Below, one piece after another: positions 37,345-51,400 of a DNA stretch of 64,000 bases. Each line of letters begins with the position of its first letter. Position 1 is the first letter of the stretch. A model generated the notes under the pieces. The model was not told the origin of the DNA, ran no database searches, and worked only from the letters and a program-made list of their open reading frames with translations. Source of the DNA: Mobula hypostoma (taxonomy: Eukaryota); the NCBI RefSeq assembly GCF_963921235.1, contig NC_086109.1, positions 25,854,001 through 25,918,000 on the forward strand. The letters run 5' to 3'. Both the position numbers and the translations under genes were made by a program.

Positions 37345-39312
37345 AATAAGCTCAAGAGCTAGACTCTTAAAAGCTATCTTCTAAACTGAGGAAGGTCAGT
37401 GGTAACTTAGTGAAACAAATGAAAAATAACAGGAAAGAAGGACAAACAATTAACAGTGTCGATATAGACGATTGAGAATGTTGTTATTTTTTCAAAATGT
37501 CAGTGTAAGGTCCAAACTTATCAATAATGCTCAGAATGAAGACATGAAACGTGTATTTTGTCCTGTAGCACAGTCTTGGATATCAGTATGGAGACTGGCA
37601 CACTGTGCCTGACATATTGGGAACTTAGTAGATCACTTAGTACCTGAAAAAGGCATGGAGTTCTGATATATAATTCCTATGCATTCCCCAGCTGAAAATG
37701 TTGTCTGCTGTGAAGAACCTCTGCCAAAATCTCCCAGCTATTTTGGGATTTTCAAATGGTATCCTTTCTAATAAGTTCAAGAATCTTTTGAAGTTGCAGT
37801 CTTTGAAGTAAGTGTAGTTGGTTTAACCAGTCCTTCAAAGATATACAAAACAAATTAATTCAATGTCTAATGTTCATTATTGATATGCTTGAAAGGTCAA
37901 ATGATTTTTCAGTGTGATGTATGACGTCTATTATTTCTTCTGGGATTACTTTTTTTTTAACCAATGTTTCTTTTATCTGACATTCAACAATATTAAAGGA
38001 TTTTTTGTAGCAACTTTGATCTATAACTTATCTTTTCTTTAGAGCAGCACTATTGGTACTTAGTGTCTGTTGTAACTGGGAAGCATGTTATTGAATTATG
38101 TACTTCCTAACAGTGAAAAATAGAAAAATATATATATGGTATTTGAGAAATAGAGGAATAGCTTTTTCTTAATCCAGAGCAAAATGGAGAGTGTGGGGCA
38201 ATGAGGAGTTAGCTAGAAGGTCAGCTATGATCTTGTGTAATGAGATGAGCTTGAATCTCTGTATGGCCTCCTCCTGCTCCTATTTCTTGTTTATACTCTT
38301 GTGCCAATTATAGTTTCATTGCTTGGGAAATCTCATTCTATATAGTCGCCAGCTCATTTTTTTTGCTAAACCTTAGTTTCAGGAAAATTTGAAGGATATT
38401 TTTTTCATTAATCTGAGATCATGAAAAATGTTTCAAAAATGGACATCTATTTCTTCCTCGTGTTGCATATGGTGACTGATGCAGTACATTTTATATTGAT
38501 TTGTACAACAGCAATATTAAATGTATTTCCAATACATTCAGCACAGTTTTCCAATCAATAATCAATCTTCATTGCCTCAGTAGTGGTATTGTGGAACAGC
38601 ATTCATTTATCTATTCAAAGATATACACTGCTCATCAAATGAAATGTTCTGTTCCATGCAATCTATCTTTCCAAAGTATGTTTTAGATAAGTGCTGTGGA
38701 CTCTGTGTTGAATGCAAAGTAAATTTAGAATTAATTTCAATTAGAATCCTTAATAACATCAGAAATAAGAAATTTATCCTTCATTTACCTGGCTACATTC
38801 CAGTCCAATTTCCAGATGATATGGCATTGTTCCAACACATTATAACCAACATTTTCCTGTCCTGGGGTTTAATGAGACGTCAGATCTTGGAGATTGCTGC
38901 ATGTCGAACGATCAAACCATCAAATAAAGGCAGACAGATCTGATTAGTAAGAAATTGTCTATTAAAAATGTACTTCTGGAAAATTATTTTCTGAAGAAAT
39001 ATTTTTGAGAGAAATTTATTGCCATAATTGTGGCAGGAGATTCAAACCTTTTTGGGTACAATAACCTGGATGTCATTTAAAGGCAGAAGTATCTATAAAA
39101 AGGTTGGTGTACCCTGGCACATGACAAGAGAGAAACTTTTCTGTGTTTAGAGGACAGGTAGAAGAAATCCAAATATATTCAAGCTTTCTAGTGCCATGTT
39201 GGAAGGCCTGGCTTAAGAACAGATAGAGTGATACCAATCGATGGAAAATCCAAAAGGCAAAACCTTTATAACCAACGGGAAGGACTCACCAAGGAGCTCA
39301 TGTTTAAGGAGA

Positions 39313-39440
39313 AACAAGACACGGTAGATGCTGGAATTTGGATTGAGAAACAATGCACTAGAGGAGCTCAGTGGGTTGAGCGGCATCTGTAGGATGAAAG
39401 GAGCTGTTGATATTTTGGCTTGAAACTCTGCATCAAGGTG
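39313..39440 (-). mobile_element. Degraded Penelope terminal fragment
   Basis: agatgctggaa...gaggagctcag...gcggcatctgt...catcaagg resembles the terminus at 6651. Confidence 0.5.
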
Positions 39441-39519
39441 GCTTGATTGTTGGACCATAAGACATAAGATCAGAATTAGGTCATTTGGCCCATTGAGTCT
39501 GCCCTGCCATTCCATCATG

Positions 39520-39850
39520 TCTTATGGTGAGAGTGGTCTAATACAAAGAGGGAGAATGTTGCCCAGGTTTTCTGCATTTTGGATATGGACTTGGACTGTG
39601 GGTCTTCTTTCAACTTCATGGTTCTTTTGTCTTCTGTGTTTTTCACCCAATATTTCTTGTTTTTATGTGTGAAGGGGAAGGGGATTTGGGAGTTGATGAG
39701 CCTGTTGCATTTTTGTCCATTTTGTTGTGCAGGGTGGAGTGATTTGGAGGTTGATGATCACGCTGCCTTTCTTTTCTTTCTTGGTTTCATGGCTATCTGG
39801 AGAATAAAAATTTCAGAGGTGTATGCTTTGATAATATATGAACCTCTGAA
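39520..39850 (+). mobile_element. Non-autonomous element with Rex-type tail inserted in a CR1 3' fragment (39452-39990)
   Basis: Tail tgctttgataatatatgaacctctgaacc; CR1-end sequence on both sides is colinear. Confidence 0.45.
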
Positions 39851-40654
39851 CCATTTATCATCCCTCTCAACCCCATTCTCCAGCCTTCTCCCCGTAACCT
39901 TTGACACCCTTACTAATCTTTCAACGTCCACTTTAAATATATCAAATGAATTGTCCTCCACAGTTTTCTGTGGCAATTAATTCAACAGATTAAATGTTGA
40001 ATGACTTTCCTAGATATTACAGAGCAGGAATTTACTCATTAACTCTAACATCCCAACACTAACCCTACACCTTGCAATACAGTGATACTTCGTTTTGTTC
40101 TGTTGCATTTTTCTGCCTCACCTTCTATGTTTTAGATTCACATCCCGATTACTTTTGAAGCAATCACTCACTCTCTGAACATATTATAAGGCACAGTATT
40201 CTTTCTTGCAGGAAGAAGTTGTGCATATCTTCAGATAGGAGGCTTCCACTAGTTGTAATCCAACCTAGCCCACCAATCATCTTAGCTATAAAAGAAAATG
40301 TACCAGCTTTGGAGAGCAGGAAGAGGGCCATTGGTCTGGAGGCTGACATATGGGAATAGGGTAGCTAGTAACCCTTTGTATGTTTCCTGGCCTCTTGTAG
40401 ATTATGACAGCACCAACAAATTTGAGCTGATCTCCAGGCCACTGCAGGTAAAATTATCCTCATTATACTGAGATCATTTCCAAGTAAATAATTTATGGTT
40501 TATGAAACTGATCCACACCATGGAGCAGATCTCCAGATGAGTTGTTAGTGTCATGTATAGAGAAAGAACTCTATGCAGAGTAGTGAGTGCTGAAGCATTG
40601 TGGATGTGACTGCTTTAGAAACATGGCTGACTGTAAATATTTTTAAAATTAATT

Positions 40655-41305
40655 CATGCAACATTGGAATTGAAGGCAACTCGATGTGAAGGAATCGAAG
40701 TGAGGCAAGATGGTGGGCCTGTCAACGAAAGTGAGAGAGACCAGAGGTTGAATCAATTTAAGCTCTGTGCTGTATTGAAAAGGTCGGGTACATGATGAAT
40801 TGAAGCGGTGAAGTCCAGGCTTCAGGGCGTATCAAGGTGACTGATCCCAATGTTTGAATTAAGCTTTAAGTGCTGGGCTGAATCGGAAAGGTCAGGTACA
40901 GGCCGAATCAAGGTGGTAGGGACCAGCCCAAGAGCATATTGAGGTGACTGAACCTGGCATTTGGATGTCAATTTAGGTGCTGGACCAGATTGAAAAGATC
41001 AGGGTTTCAGGGCCGAGGTGTGGGAAGAGCCGAATCATCTCGCTGCTCCACGACGTTTATTCAGCTCTACGCTGAACTATGGGTCTCGGACTCTCTTTGT
41101 GGACTTCAGTTCAGAATGCTAATTGCTTGCAGTTATCGTTTGCATAATTTGTGTTTTTTACTCTCTGTACATTGGGTGTTTGACGGTCTTCTTTGTCTTA
41201 TGGGTTCTTTTGGGTTTCTTTGCTTCATTGTTGCCCGTGAGGAGACGAACCTCAAGATTATACAGCGTGTACACACTTTCAAATAAATGTACTCAGAACT
41301 TTGAA
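40655..41305 (+). mobile_element. Non-autonomous element with internal tandem subrepeats and Rex-type tail
   Basis: Three diverged ~105-bp units; ends aataaatgtactcagaactttgaa. Confidence 0.5.
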
Positions 41306-41820
41306 TTTTGGTATTGTTATTTTTACCCAACCTCAATATCTCTTCTCCAAACATTAGGTTGGAAGAACATTAAGTCCACCATAACAACCAAAGAGCACAG
41401 TATAAGATAGGCACAGGAAATGGTGCTGGGCCTTGCTTCTTTACAATTTAAATGAATGATTTGGATGAATACACTGAGGTAAAGTTGCTAAATTCACTGA
41501 CAATGCAAAGATGTGTGGGAAAATAAGTTATGATATGAATGTAAACAGGATACATACATAGGGTACAAAGGGCATGGATAGGTTAACTAAATAGCTTGTG
41601 GAGCACATGGTGGAAATATATGAAACTTTCTATTTTGACCAGAATGAAGTAACATGTAAATAATAAAGAAAAAGCATAATAAAAGAAATTGTAAAGCTTT
41701 GAAATGTAGTATGAACTGAGTGTCCTAGTTCAGGACTTGTAAGAGATTATTTGCAAGCACTACAAATAATTTGGAAACCTGAGAGGATATTCAGTTGTGG
41801 TGCGTTGATGAGATCACATC

Positions 41821-44188
41821 TGAAGGTTTCTTGACACACTATGTAGACGAACCTGCAAGAGGAGATGCTGTACTTGATCTGGTATTGGGAAATGAACCTG
41901 GTCAGATGTCAGATCTCTCAGTGGGAGAGCATTTTAGAGATAGTGATCACAATGCTATCTCTTTTACCACAGCACTGGAGAGGGATAGGAACAGACAAGT
42001 TGGGAAAGTGTTTAATTGGAGTAAGGGGAAATATGAGGCTATCAGGCAGGAACTTGGAAGCATAAATTGGGAACAGACGTTCTCAGAGAAATGTACAGAG
42101 GAAATACGGCAAATGTTCAGAGGATATTTGCATGGAGTTCTGCATAGGTACGTTCCCATGAGACAGGGAAAGGATGGTCGGGTACAGGAACCGTGGTGAA
42201 CAAAGGCTGTTTTGTAACTCTAGTCAAGAAGAACAGAAGAGCTTATGAAAGGTTCAAAAAAGTAGGTAACGATATAGATCTAGAAAATTATAAGGCTAGC
42301 AGGAAGGAGCTTGAAAAAGAAATTAGTAGGTCCAGGAGGGGCCATGAGAAGGCCTTGGTGGACAGGATTAAGGAAAACCCCAAGGTATTCTACAAGTATA
42401 TGAAGAGCAAGAGGATAAGACGTGAGAGAATAGGACCAATCAAGTCTGACAGTGGAAAAGTGTGTATGGAATTGGAGGAGATAGCAGAGGTACTTAATGA
42501 GTATTTTGCTTCAGTATTCATGACAGAAAAGGATCTTGGCAATTGTAGGAATGACTTACAGCGGACTGAAAAGCTTGAGCATGTAGATACAGTATTAAGA
42601 AAGGGGATGTGCTGGAGCTTTTGAAAAGCATCAAGTTGGATAGGTCACAGGGACCGGATGAGATATACCCGAGGCTACTGTGGGAGGCAAGGGAGGAGAT
42701 TGCTGAGCCTCTGCTGATGATCTTTGCATCATCAATGGGGATGGGAGAGGTTCCATAGGATTGGAGGGTTGCGGATGTTGTTCCCTTATTCAAGAAAGGG
42801 AGTAGGGATAGCCCAGGAAATTATAGGCGAGTGAGTCTTACTTCAGTGGTTAGTAAGTTGATGGAGAAGATCCTGAGAGGCAGGATTTATGAACACTTGG
42901 AGAGGCATAATATGATTAGGAATAGTCAGCATGGCTTTGTCAAGGGCAGGTCGTGCTTTACGAGCCTGAATGAATTTTTTGAGGATGTGACTAAACATAT
43001 TGATGAAGGTAGAGCTGTAGATGTAGTGCATATGGATTTCAGCAAGGCATTTGATAAGGTACCCCATGCAAGGCTTATTGAGAAAGTAAGGAAGCATGGG
43101 ATCCAAGGGGACATTGCTTTGTGTATCCAGAACTGGCTTGCCCACAGAAGGCAAAGAGTGGTTGTAGACGGGTCATATTCTGCATGGAGGTCGGTGACCA
43201 GTGGAGTGCTTCAGGGATCTGTTCTGGGACCCCTACTCTTTGTGATTTTTATAAATTACCTGGATGAGGAAGTGGAGGGATAGGTTAGTAAATTTGCTGA
43301 TGACACAAAGGTTGGGGATGTTGTGGATAGTGTGGAGGGCTGTCAGAGGTTACAGCAGGACATCGATAGGATGCAAAACTGGGCTGAGAAATTACAGATG
43401 GAGTTCAACCCAGATAAGTGTGAGGTGGTTCATTTTGGTAGGTCAAATGTAATGGCAGAATATAGTATTAATGGTAAGATTCTTGGCAATGTTGAGGATC
43501 AGAGGGATCTTGGGGTCCGAGTCCATAGGACACTCAAAGCTGCTGCGCAGGTTGACTTTGTGGTTAAGAACGCATACGGTGTATAGGCGTTCATCAATCA
43601 TGGGATTGAGTTTAAGAGCCAAGAGGTAATGTTGCAGCTATATAGGACCCTGGTATGACCCCACTTGGAGTACTGTGCTCAGTTCTGGTCACCTCACTAC
43701 AGGAAGGATGTGGAAACCATAGAAAGGGTGCAGAGAAGATTTACAGGGATGTTGCCTGGATTAGGGAGCATGCCTTATGAGAATAGGTCAAGTGAACTTG
43801 GCCTTTTTCGCTTGGTGCGACGGAGAATGAGAATTAACCTGATAGAGGTGTAGAAGATGATGAGAGGCATTGATCGTGTGGATAATCAGAGGCTTTTTCC
43901 CAGGGTTGGAATGGCTAGCACAAGAGGGCACAGTTTTAAGAAGCTTGGAAGCAGGTACAGAGGAGCTGTCAAGGGTAAGTTTTTTACGCAGAGACTGGTG
44001 AGTGCGTGGAATGGGCTGCCGGTGATGGTGGTGGAGGCAGATATGATAGGGTCTTCTAAGAGACTCCTGGATAGGTACATGGAGCTTAGGAAAATAGAGG
44101 GCTATGGGTAACCCTAGGTAAGAACATGTTGGGCACAGCTTTGTGGGCTGAAGGGTCTGTATAGTGCTGTAGGTTTTCTATGTTTCTA
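41821..44188 (+). mobile_element. 5'-truncated CR1 LINE inserted in an older CR1 relic (41410-41800 and 44189-45030)
   Basis: LDLVL, SDHN, NSQHGF, DFSKAFD, QGSVLGP, FADD; (TTTCTATG)n tail. Confidence 0.92.
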
Positions 44189-44407
44189 CAGTGTGCAGTA
44201 TTGGTCACCTTATCTAAGAAAGAATGTAAATGGTTCAGATGGTTTAGTACATTGAAACCTGGGATATGTGGGTTGACTTACAGAGGAAGATTGTACAGGT
44301 TGGTTTTTTATCTGCTGGAGTTTATGAGTGGGAAGATCCTGTTGGACCCGACAAGGTGGCTGTGAAAAGGATGTTGCTTAGTGGGATCCTAGAACCAGGA
44401 ATCACTG

Positions 44408-44733
44408 TGGGTAGCACAGTAGCATTGCAGTTAGCGCAATTGCTTTGTAGCGCCAGTGATTACCGATCGGGTTTTGATTCCCACTGCTGTCTGTGATGAG
44501 TTTGTGTGTTCTCCCCATAAACCTGTCCGTTTCCTCCAGGTGATCCGGTTTCTTCCCACATTCCAAAGGTGTTGATTAGGTTAGGGTTAGCAAGTTGTGG
44601 GCATGCTATGTTGGCACTGGAAGCATGGCAAATCTTGTGGGATGCTCCCAGCACAATCCTCTCTGATCGGATTTGATGCAAATGGCACATTTCACTGTAT
44701 GTTTTGATGTACGCGTGACAAATAAAGCTAATC
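44408..44733 (+). mobile_element. tRNA-derived SINE (V-SINE/HE1-like body)
   Basis: A/B-box-like head, central gagtttgtgtgttctcccc...tttcctccaggtg...ttcccacattccaaag, AATAAA tail. Confidence 0.75.
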
Positions 44734-45262
44734 AGTTTTATTTTCTACTCTTTAAAAATAAAGTGTCACTTATCTAAGACAGAGAATATTATTCTGTTTG
44801 AAGATTCTGGAGCATTGACATTCTCTTCCACAAAGGACAGTCAAAATGAAATCATTGAATATCTTTTAAGGCAGAGGTACATGGAAACATGCTTGATAAT
44901 TGAGGAGGTGAAAGGCTACTATGGATATCAGGGATCATGGATTTGATGTTACAATTAGATTAGTCATGATCTTTTTAAAGAGCAGAACAATCTTGTGGGG
45001 CTAAGTGGCTAACTGCTGCTCCTAACAGCTAATTGCCAGTTTATATGCGTGAAGGCTGCATATGATTTTATTTATAAATTTGTCTCTTCTTTTTATAACA
45101 ACAAATATATTTAATGTTGATTAATTATTATATTCATAATTATTTAAACATGTGTAGTTTACAGGTCAAGTAAATGGACTGCTTGCCAAAAGTCTGAACC
45201 ATTGATCTAGAGAAATATGCTTGAATATATCATGGCAAATGAGATATTTTAACTCTACCACA

Positions 45263-45515
45263 GATGGTCCCAAGCCCAGTTGTGAAAGGAGATGAGTTGG
45301 GCATGGAGCTAGGAACCCCACCCTGTAAAATCCAGAGCTACAGAAATGCAAACAGAAGTTCCAAAGACCTCACTCTTGGAAGAAGAAGAATATTCAAACG
45401 TGGGCTACTCCTGGAGACAACTTCAAAGACTAGTGCAGAACAGAGGACTCTGGGAGTTGTTTTCAGCGGCCTATGCCCCAGTAGGGGTGTTGGGGCTAAA
45501 TCCAATCCAATCCAA
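45263..45515 (+). mobile_element. Short element with RTE-type 3' end
   Basis: ggcctatgccccagtagggg followed by (ATCCA)n tail. Confidence 0.5.
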
Positions 45516-45889
45516 ATGAGATATTTAAATATAAGTAATTATATTTTAAACAATAAAATAATAATGAATAAATAACCAATCATACATGCAAATTACAAGA
45601 GGAGTTTTGATATGTAAGGATGTCAGGAAACTGGCAAAAATGGTCAGTTTGTCAAAGAGCTGATAGAAGTTATTGGATTTGGGGTTGCTTTCAAACAGCC
45701 AGCAGTAGAATGATGGGTCAAAAAGGATCTTAACACACAAGTCATTTGTATTTATCTGCACACAGTTTACTAATGTAAACCAAATTTCTGGTTGTCCATT
45801 GAGCTCTACAATTACGTTAAGCATTACTAGCTTACAACCAGGAAACAGTTCTTCACTAAATTGAATTTGTTTGTATTTGATGTGAATTA

Positions 45890-46417
45890 TACTCAGTGGC
45901 CACTTTAAGAATCCGATGCGGTCTTCTGCTGCTGTGGACAATCCATTTTAAGGTTTTACGTGTTGTGCATTTAGAGGTGCTCTTCTACTATTGTAACACT
46001 TTGGTTATTTGAGATACTGTCACCTTCTGTCAGCTTGAACCCATCCGATTATTCTCCTCTTAGGTTTCTCATTTATAAGGCATTTTCATCCACAGAACAG
46101 CCACTCATTGAATATTTTTTTATTTTTTGCACCATTCTCTGTAAACTTTAGAAACTGTTGTCCATGAAAACCCCAGGAGATCTGCAGTTTTTAAGATACT
46201 CAAACCACCCCATCTGGCACCAATAATCATTCCACAGGTCCAAGTCACTTAGACCACATTTCTTCCCTCCACTCTGATGTTTGGTCTGAATAAAACTAAA
46301 CCTCTTGACCATGTCTGCATGCTTTTATGCATTGAGTTGCTGCCACATGATTGGCTGATTAGGTACTTGCATTAACGAGGAGGTGTATAGGTGTACCTAA
46401 CAAGTGGTCACTGAGTG
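45890..46417. mobile_element. Non-autonomous Tc1-like element
   Basis: TIRs (T/C)ACTCAGTGGCCACTT / AAGTGGTCACTGAGTG, left TA flank. Confidence 0.75.
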
Positions 46418-49138
46418 TTTGTTCAAGATAACACTGTCTAGTTTTAGAACAGCTATTAGGAAAGCAAAAAAACATTTCTAAGTTGTAACCATAAGTTTAA
46501 ATATCACCATAATTAGATAAATCTTTATTATAATTTTCAAAATGTAAACTTTATCATAACAAATTAAACATGATTTTCTTTAACAATATCATCATTTCAA
46601 TATAAGTAAAGAGTACAGAATAAAGGTGCACATTTCTACTTTTTATCTCATTTTGTCTTGTACTATAGAGTGCTACATTTCATATGTAAATATTCAACTT
46701 ATTAGGGAGTATATAGCCATGTAAAAGATACGAGATTTTTGAGGCAAGCTGCAATAGAATTTTATTAGAAGCAGCATCCTTCCTGAACTTAATCAGTAAA
46801 ATTATGACTGGTTATTAGCTAAAATATGATTGTTAGCCTATATAGTTGCAATCCTATTACCTTCGAATTAATGTTTCAATTGTAACCATATCTGCAATAT
46901 TCAAATACAGACTTTGCAAGTTTACTTTAGTCAACAAAAGTTTGTTCATGGAGCAAAGATCAACTTCGGTGCATTTTGTTTGGCTTGTGAATCTTAAGCA
47001 ATGCTGTTTGGGTCCTTGCAAGCACCAAAGTTAGTGTTTGTTATCGAACCAATGATGGATTTATCACCGTCACATTTCAGACCATTTTCACAGGGACATT
47101 TGTAATAAACGTTATACAGGAGCTGAAAAGACAGACACAGTTTCAATATTACCTCAATTTCATAGTTCATCAATATCCTTTAGACAGCAGCCAATTATTT
47201 TAATTCATTCAAGCAGAGATGACTGCATGTCAAAATGGATTAGCTGTGACCAAATTCTATTTATGGTAACAGCGAATGTATTACAAAAGTAAAACATACT
47301 TTTATTTAAATGAGGCATTATATATTTGTAGTAAATTAACCACCAACTTAATCCTATCCACCTCCCCCCACCTTCTATCCAAATTGCCAAATTATAGAGT
47401 AATATTATTCTTAATAACAGACATGTATTTGCTACAATATATCTGGACTTCCTGCCAGTACGGTACAGAATAAATGCCATAATATTGAACAATAATGGGT
47501 AATATACATAAGTTGCTGATTTCCATCACAATTTGGGACAACATAATATAGGATATCTCTGGAATGTCAGCTAAAGTGCAGGCACAAAGTTTTGCTTGTC
47601 AGTAATATCTGGGTTTATGTTCTGTTTTAAAATTAATGCTAATATTCCAATGCAGCATGAAAAAACTGGTATACTGTTGGAGCTCATGTTTTACAGGTAA
47701 GTTGTTAAACTAAGACCCTGAACATGAAAAGTGTGCAGCACTATTTGGTAAAAGGCAAGGGAGCTCTTACAAGTCTTTGGGTGACATTTATAATCGCAAG
47801 CAAAAACAGATTATTTGGTCATTATCACATTGTCGTGTGTGTAACCTTGTTTCGTGCAAATCGTTATTGCCAACATCATAGCACTTCAAGAACAGTTTAA
47901 TGTGTGTGAAGCACTTTCAGACATTTCACTAACATAAAATTAATGCATTTTTTTTCCTTTTTGTTAAAGTTAGCAAAAATTGATGTAGGAAAGTTACTAT
48001 AACAAATATGAATATCTTTTATTTTCTAAAACCCATTAAATTATTGAAATACTTCTTACAATCCAAGCATATTTTAATTTGCAGGGCATAACAAAGATCT
48101 ACAGGTTTCAATAATCAACTAGCAATGAGAAAAAAAATAGTTCTTCCCTTACCATTTGTGCTTATTTACCTTTGAACATTGTTGGATATTTATTTGCAAT
48201 TATTTTTTAGTGGAAATAATATTGAGCACCTACATGATTTGAGCATGCGTGTCCTTCAGCACCTCGACTGGCACACCTTGCAAGACTCAATGCAGTGTCT
48301 CGTTGACAGCAGTTACTCTTACACTGAAAGCTTCCAACGCAAAGCTCTCCATTTTTCTTAATAAAAACAAGATACATTTTGTGTGTCACAAGTTATGAAA
48401 TGTAATTTCTAAAAATAAAATTCAGCAGGTAACTTCCTTTGTATTTTGAAATTAATTTTGAATCTAATTAGCTACTGGATCATATAGGAAAAATGCAAAT
48501 TAAGTGCCCTTTATAACAATTGTATCTTTAATATGTGTGCTTGCAATCATCCAGATTTGTTTGAGATCTTTTACTGAATGAGATTTCAATCAATTTTTTA
48601 AAACCAAATCCACATAGCAAATTCATTTTGATCACGCTAGTGCATTTATTAAATAAAAAGGACAGTCATATGAGGAAAAACACTTCTAAATCATTTATCT
48701 TAAATTCTATAGATAGAGGAACCACTGAGAAAGTTGACATTAAATTTATGAAGGAAAAACACAGAAAATCAGAGGAAAATTCACTGCAAAAACTTGTTAC
48801 ATTGGGAATCTCTTTTATTTTTAATATACATTGGATTGCCTAATATAAATAGTTCTCTTTGAAGTCTCCACAGATCTTACCAAGTTCAGAAACAAGCCTC
48901 TCTCGCGAGCTGATGTTCCCACTGCAATGCAGCATGCTAGGTAAAGCAACATTAACTTCATTTTGCACAGTGCTGGGCAACTGCAAACTCACCAAAGTAT
49001 TTTCATTTCTTCCTTTTATAGTACCTCAGTTCTTACATTCAAGTTAATGATTGAACTTAACCACTTTAATCACTTTGCAATCATTGCAAATAAGATACAT
49101 TCTTATCACTAGCCTGAGACTTTTGCAGATGTGATATG

Positions 49139-49165
49139 CATATACATATATATATATATATATAT
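49139..49165. repeat. (TA)n microsatellite
   Basis: catatacatatatatatatatatatat. Confidence 0.8.
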
Positions 49166-49659
49166 GCCATTACTCTGTGTAGCTAATTCTTCTTCACTGC
49201 TTACATACTGATATCCATTGCTCTCTTCAGTTTATTTGTTGGTATTTCAAAGCACTGAATCAGATCATACTTATTTTCAATCCTAACACACTATTACACA
49301 CAAATCAATCTACCTACTGAAAGTATTTTATAAATTACTTACATTAAAAACAGAAAAAAAGAAAATCTGCCTCTGCATTACATACAGAAAGTTAGCTCAT
49401 GTCATGGCTCAGCAAGTTATAGGGAGCGGAGGATAATGAACATCAGAACGGTATGAATGAAATAGCCATATGACTGATGGTGCAATTGGCCACATTCAAT
49501 GCTTTTATTTTTGTACCTCCAGTCCGATGTGACTATAATTCACTTCAGCATGTTTGGCCACAAAAGCGAAACAAATCCAATCAGATAGGTATCCAGAAGA
49601 TGAATTTTCAAATAGCTGGCTGATAAAGACGTTTGCTCACTTTCCCTGACAGAATGAAT

Positions 49660-51055
49660 TTCAGTGAATCTTCTCTGCACTGCCTCTATTGCAAGCATAT
49701 CCTTCCTGAAACATGGAGAACAAAACTATACCTAGTACTGCAGGTGCAGAATCATCTGTGCCATGTACGGTTGCCTTAAACCTTCTCTAAAGTTATGTTG
49801 CATACCTACTACACCAAAGGCCAGTAATCCTGATTACTAGCTTTACCTGCCAGATATCATTGTGTGTTGAGTAATCAATGACCACCGCCACCCACCTATC
49901 TCTTAAAATCATAGGGCATACAATAGGAGCAGATTTAGGCCACTGGGCCCATAGAATCTGCTCCACCATTCCAACATGGCTGATTTATTATCACTCTCAA
50001 TCCCATTCTCTTGTGTTCTCCCTGTAACCTTTGATCTTCTGACTAACCAAGAACCTAACAAGCCCCAGTTTAAGTGGACTCAATGATTTGACCTCCACAG
50101 CTGTCTGTGGCAACAAATTCCTCAGATTCACCACCCTTTGGCTAAAGAAATTCCTTCTTATCTCTGTTCTAAATGGGCATCCATATACTGAGGCTGTGCC
50201 CTCTGGTCCTAGATTCCCACACTATAGAAATCATCCTCTCCACATCCACTCTATGTAGGCCTTTCAATATTTGATTGGTTTTCACGAGATCTATCCTCAT
50301 ATAATCATTCTAAACTCCAGTGAGTTTAAAGAATTATAAAGCCTCAGCGTCACTTCCTTGCTCTTATCTTCTAGTCCTCAAAGTGAAGGCTAACATTGCA
50401 TTTGTCTTCTTTACCACTGACTCAACTTGTCAGTTAACCTTTAAGGAATCCTGCACAAGAACTCACAGGCATTCTACAAATTCTTTCTCTTGGGATCCAG
50501 CACCAACCTATATTTCCCAATCTACCTGCATATTGAAATCCCCCACGACTATCATAACATTGCCTTATTACATGCCTTTTCTATTTCCTGTTAAAATTTA
50601 TATCCAAAATCCTGGCTACTATTCATGCGCTTAAATATAATTCCCACTGAGGTCTCTTTACCTTGCAGTTTCTTAACTCTAACTGCAAGAATTGTACATC
50701 TTTTGATCCTATGTCACCTCTTTCACGGGATTTGATTTCACTTTTTATCAACAGAGCCATCCCACTCACTCTACCTACCTGCTTGTCTTTTTGATACAAT
50801 ATGTATCCCTAGATATTAAGCTACGATCCTTATTCAGCTACAACTCTGTAATGGCCACTTCATCATACCTGCCAATCTCTAACTGCGCTACAAGATCATC
50901 TGCTTTACTCCGTATACTGTGTGCATTCAAATATAACAACTTCAGTCCTGTATTTATCACCCTTTTTGATTTTGCCCCATACATTACACTTCAACTCATC
51001 CCACTAACTGCAATTTTGCCCTATCATCTACCTGTCCTTCCTCACAGTCTCACTG
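49660..51055 (-). mobile_element. Cluster of decayed CR1 fragments (3' ends and APE region)
   Basis: Antisense YLNAHSIRSK, VVGDFN and CR1 3' UTR motifs. Confidence 0.7.
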
Positions 51056-51189
51056 CATCCCTTTGCTCTGTTCTTCCATTCTTTCTCGCAACTTTATTGC
51101 AATATTTTTATACATTATACTCCATTTACCAATTTCTTGTCCTCTCGCTATTCGTCCCTAATAATGTATTGCGTCATTTTCTCAATGGC

Positions 51190-51400
51190 ATATTACTTTA
51201 TACTTTATTGTTGCCAAACAATTGATACTAGAACATACAATCATCACAGCGATATTTGATTCTGCGCTTCCCGCTCCCTGGATTACAGATCGATAGTAAA
51301 TACTAAAAATTTAAATTATAAATCATAAATAAAAAATAGAAAAATGGAAAGTAAGATAGTGCAAGAAAAACCGAGAGGCAGGTCCGGATATTTGGAGGGC
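51190..51400 (-). mobile_element. Rex1-type 3' end fragment
   Basis: Antisense AATAAA followed by short-repeat tail (tactttatactttatt). Confidence 0.5.

Noticed and set aside
44576-44590. TTAGGG-like repeats
   Set aside because: Only about two units, inside a SINE body; not an interstitial telomere.
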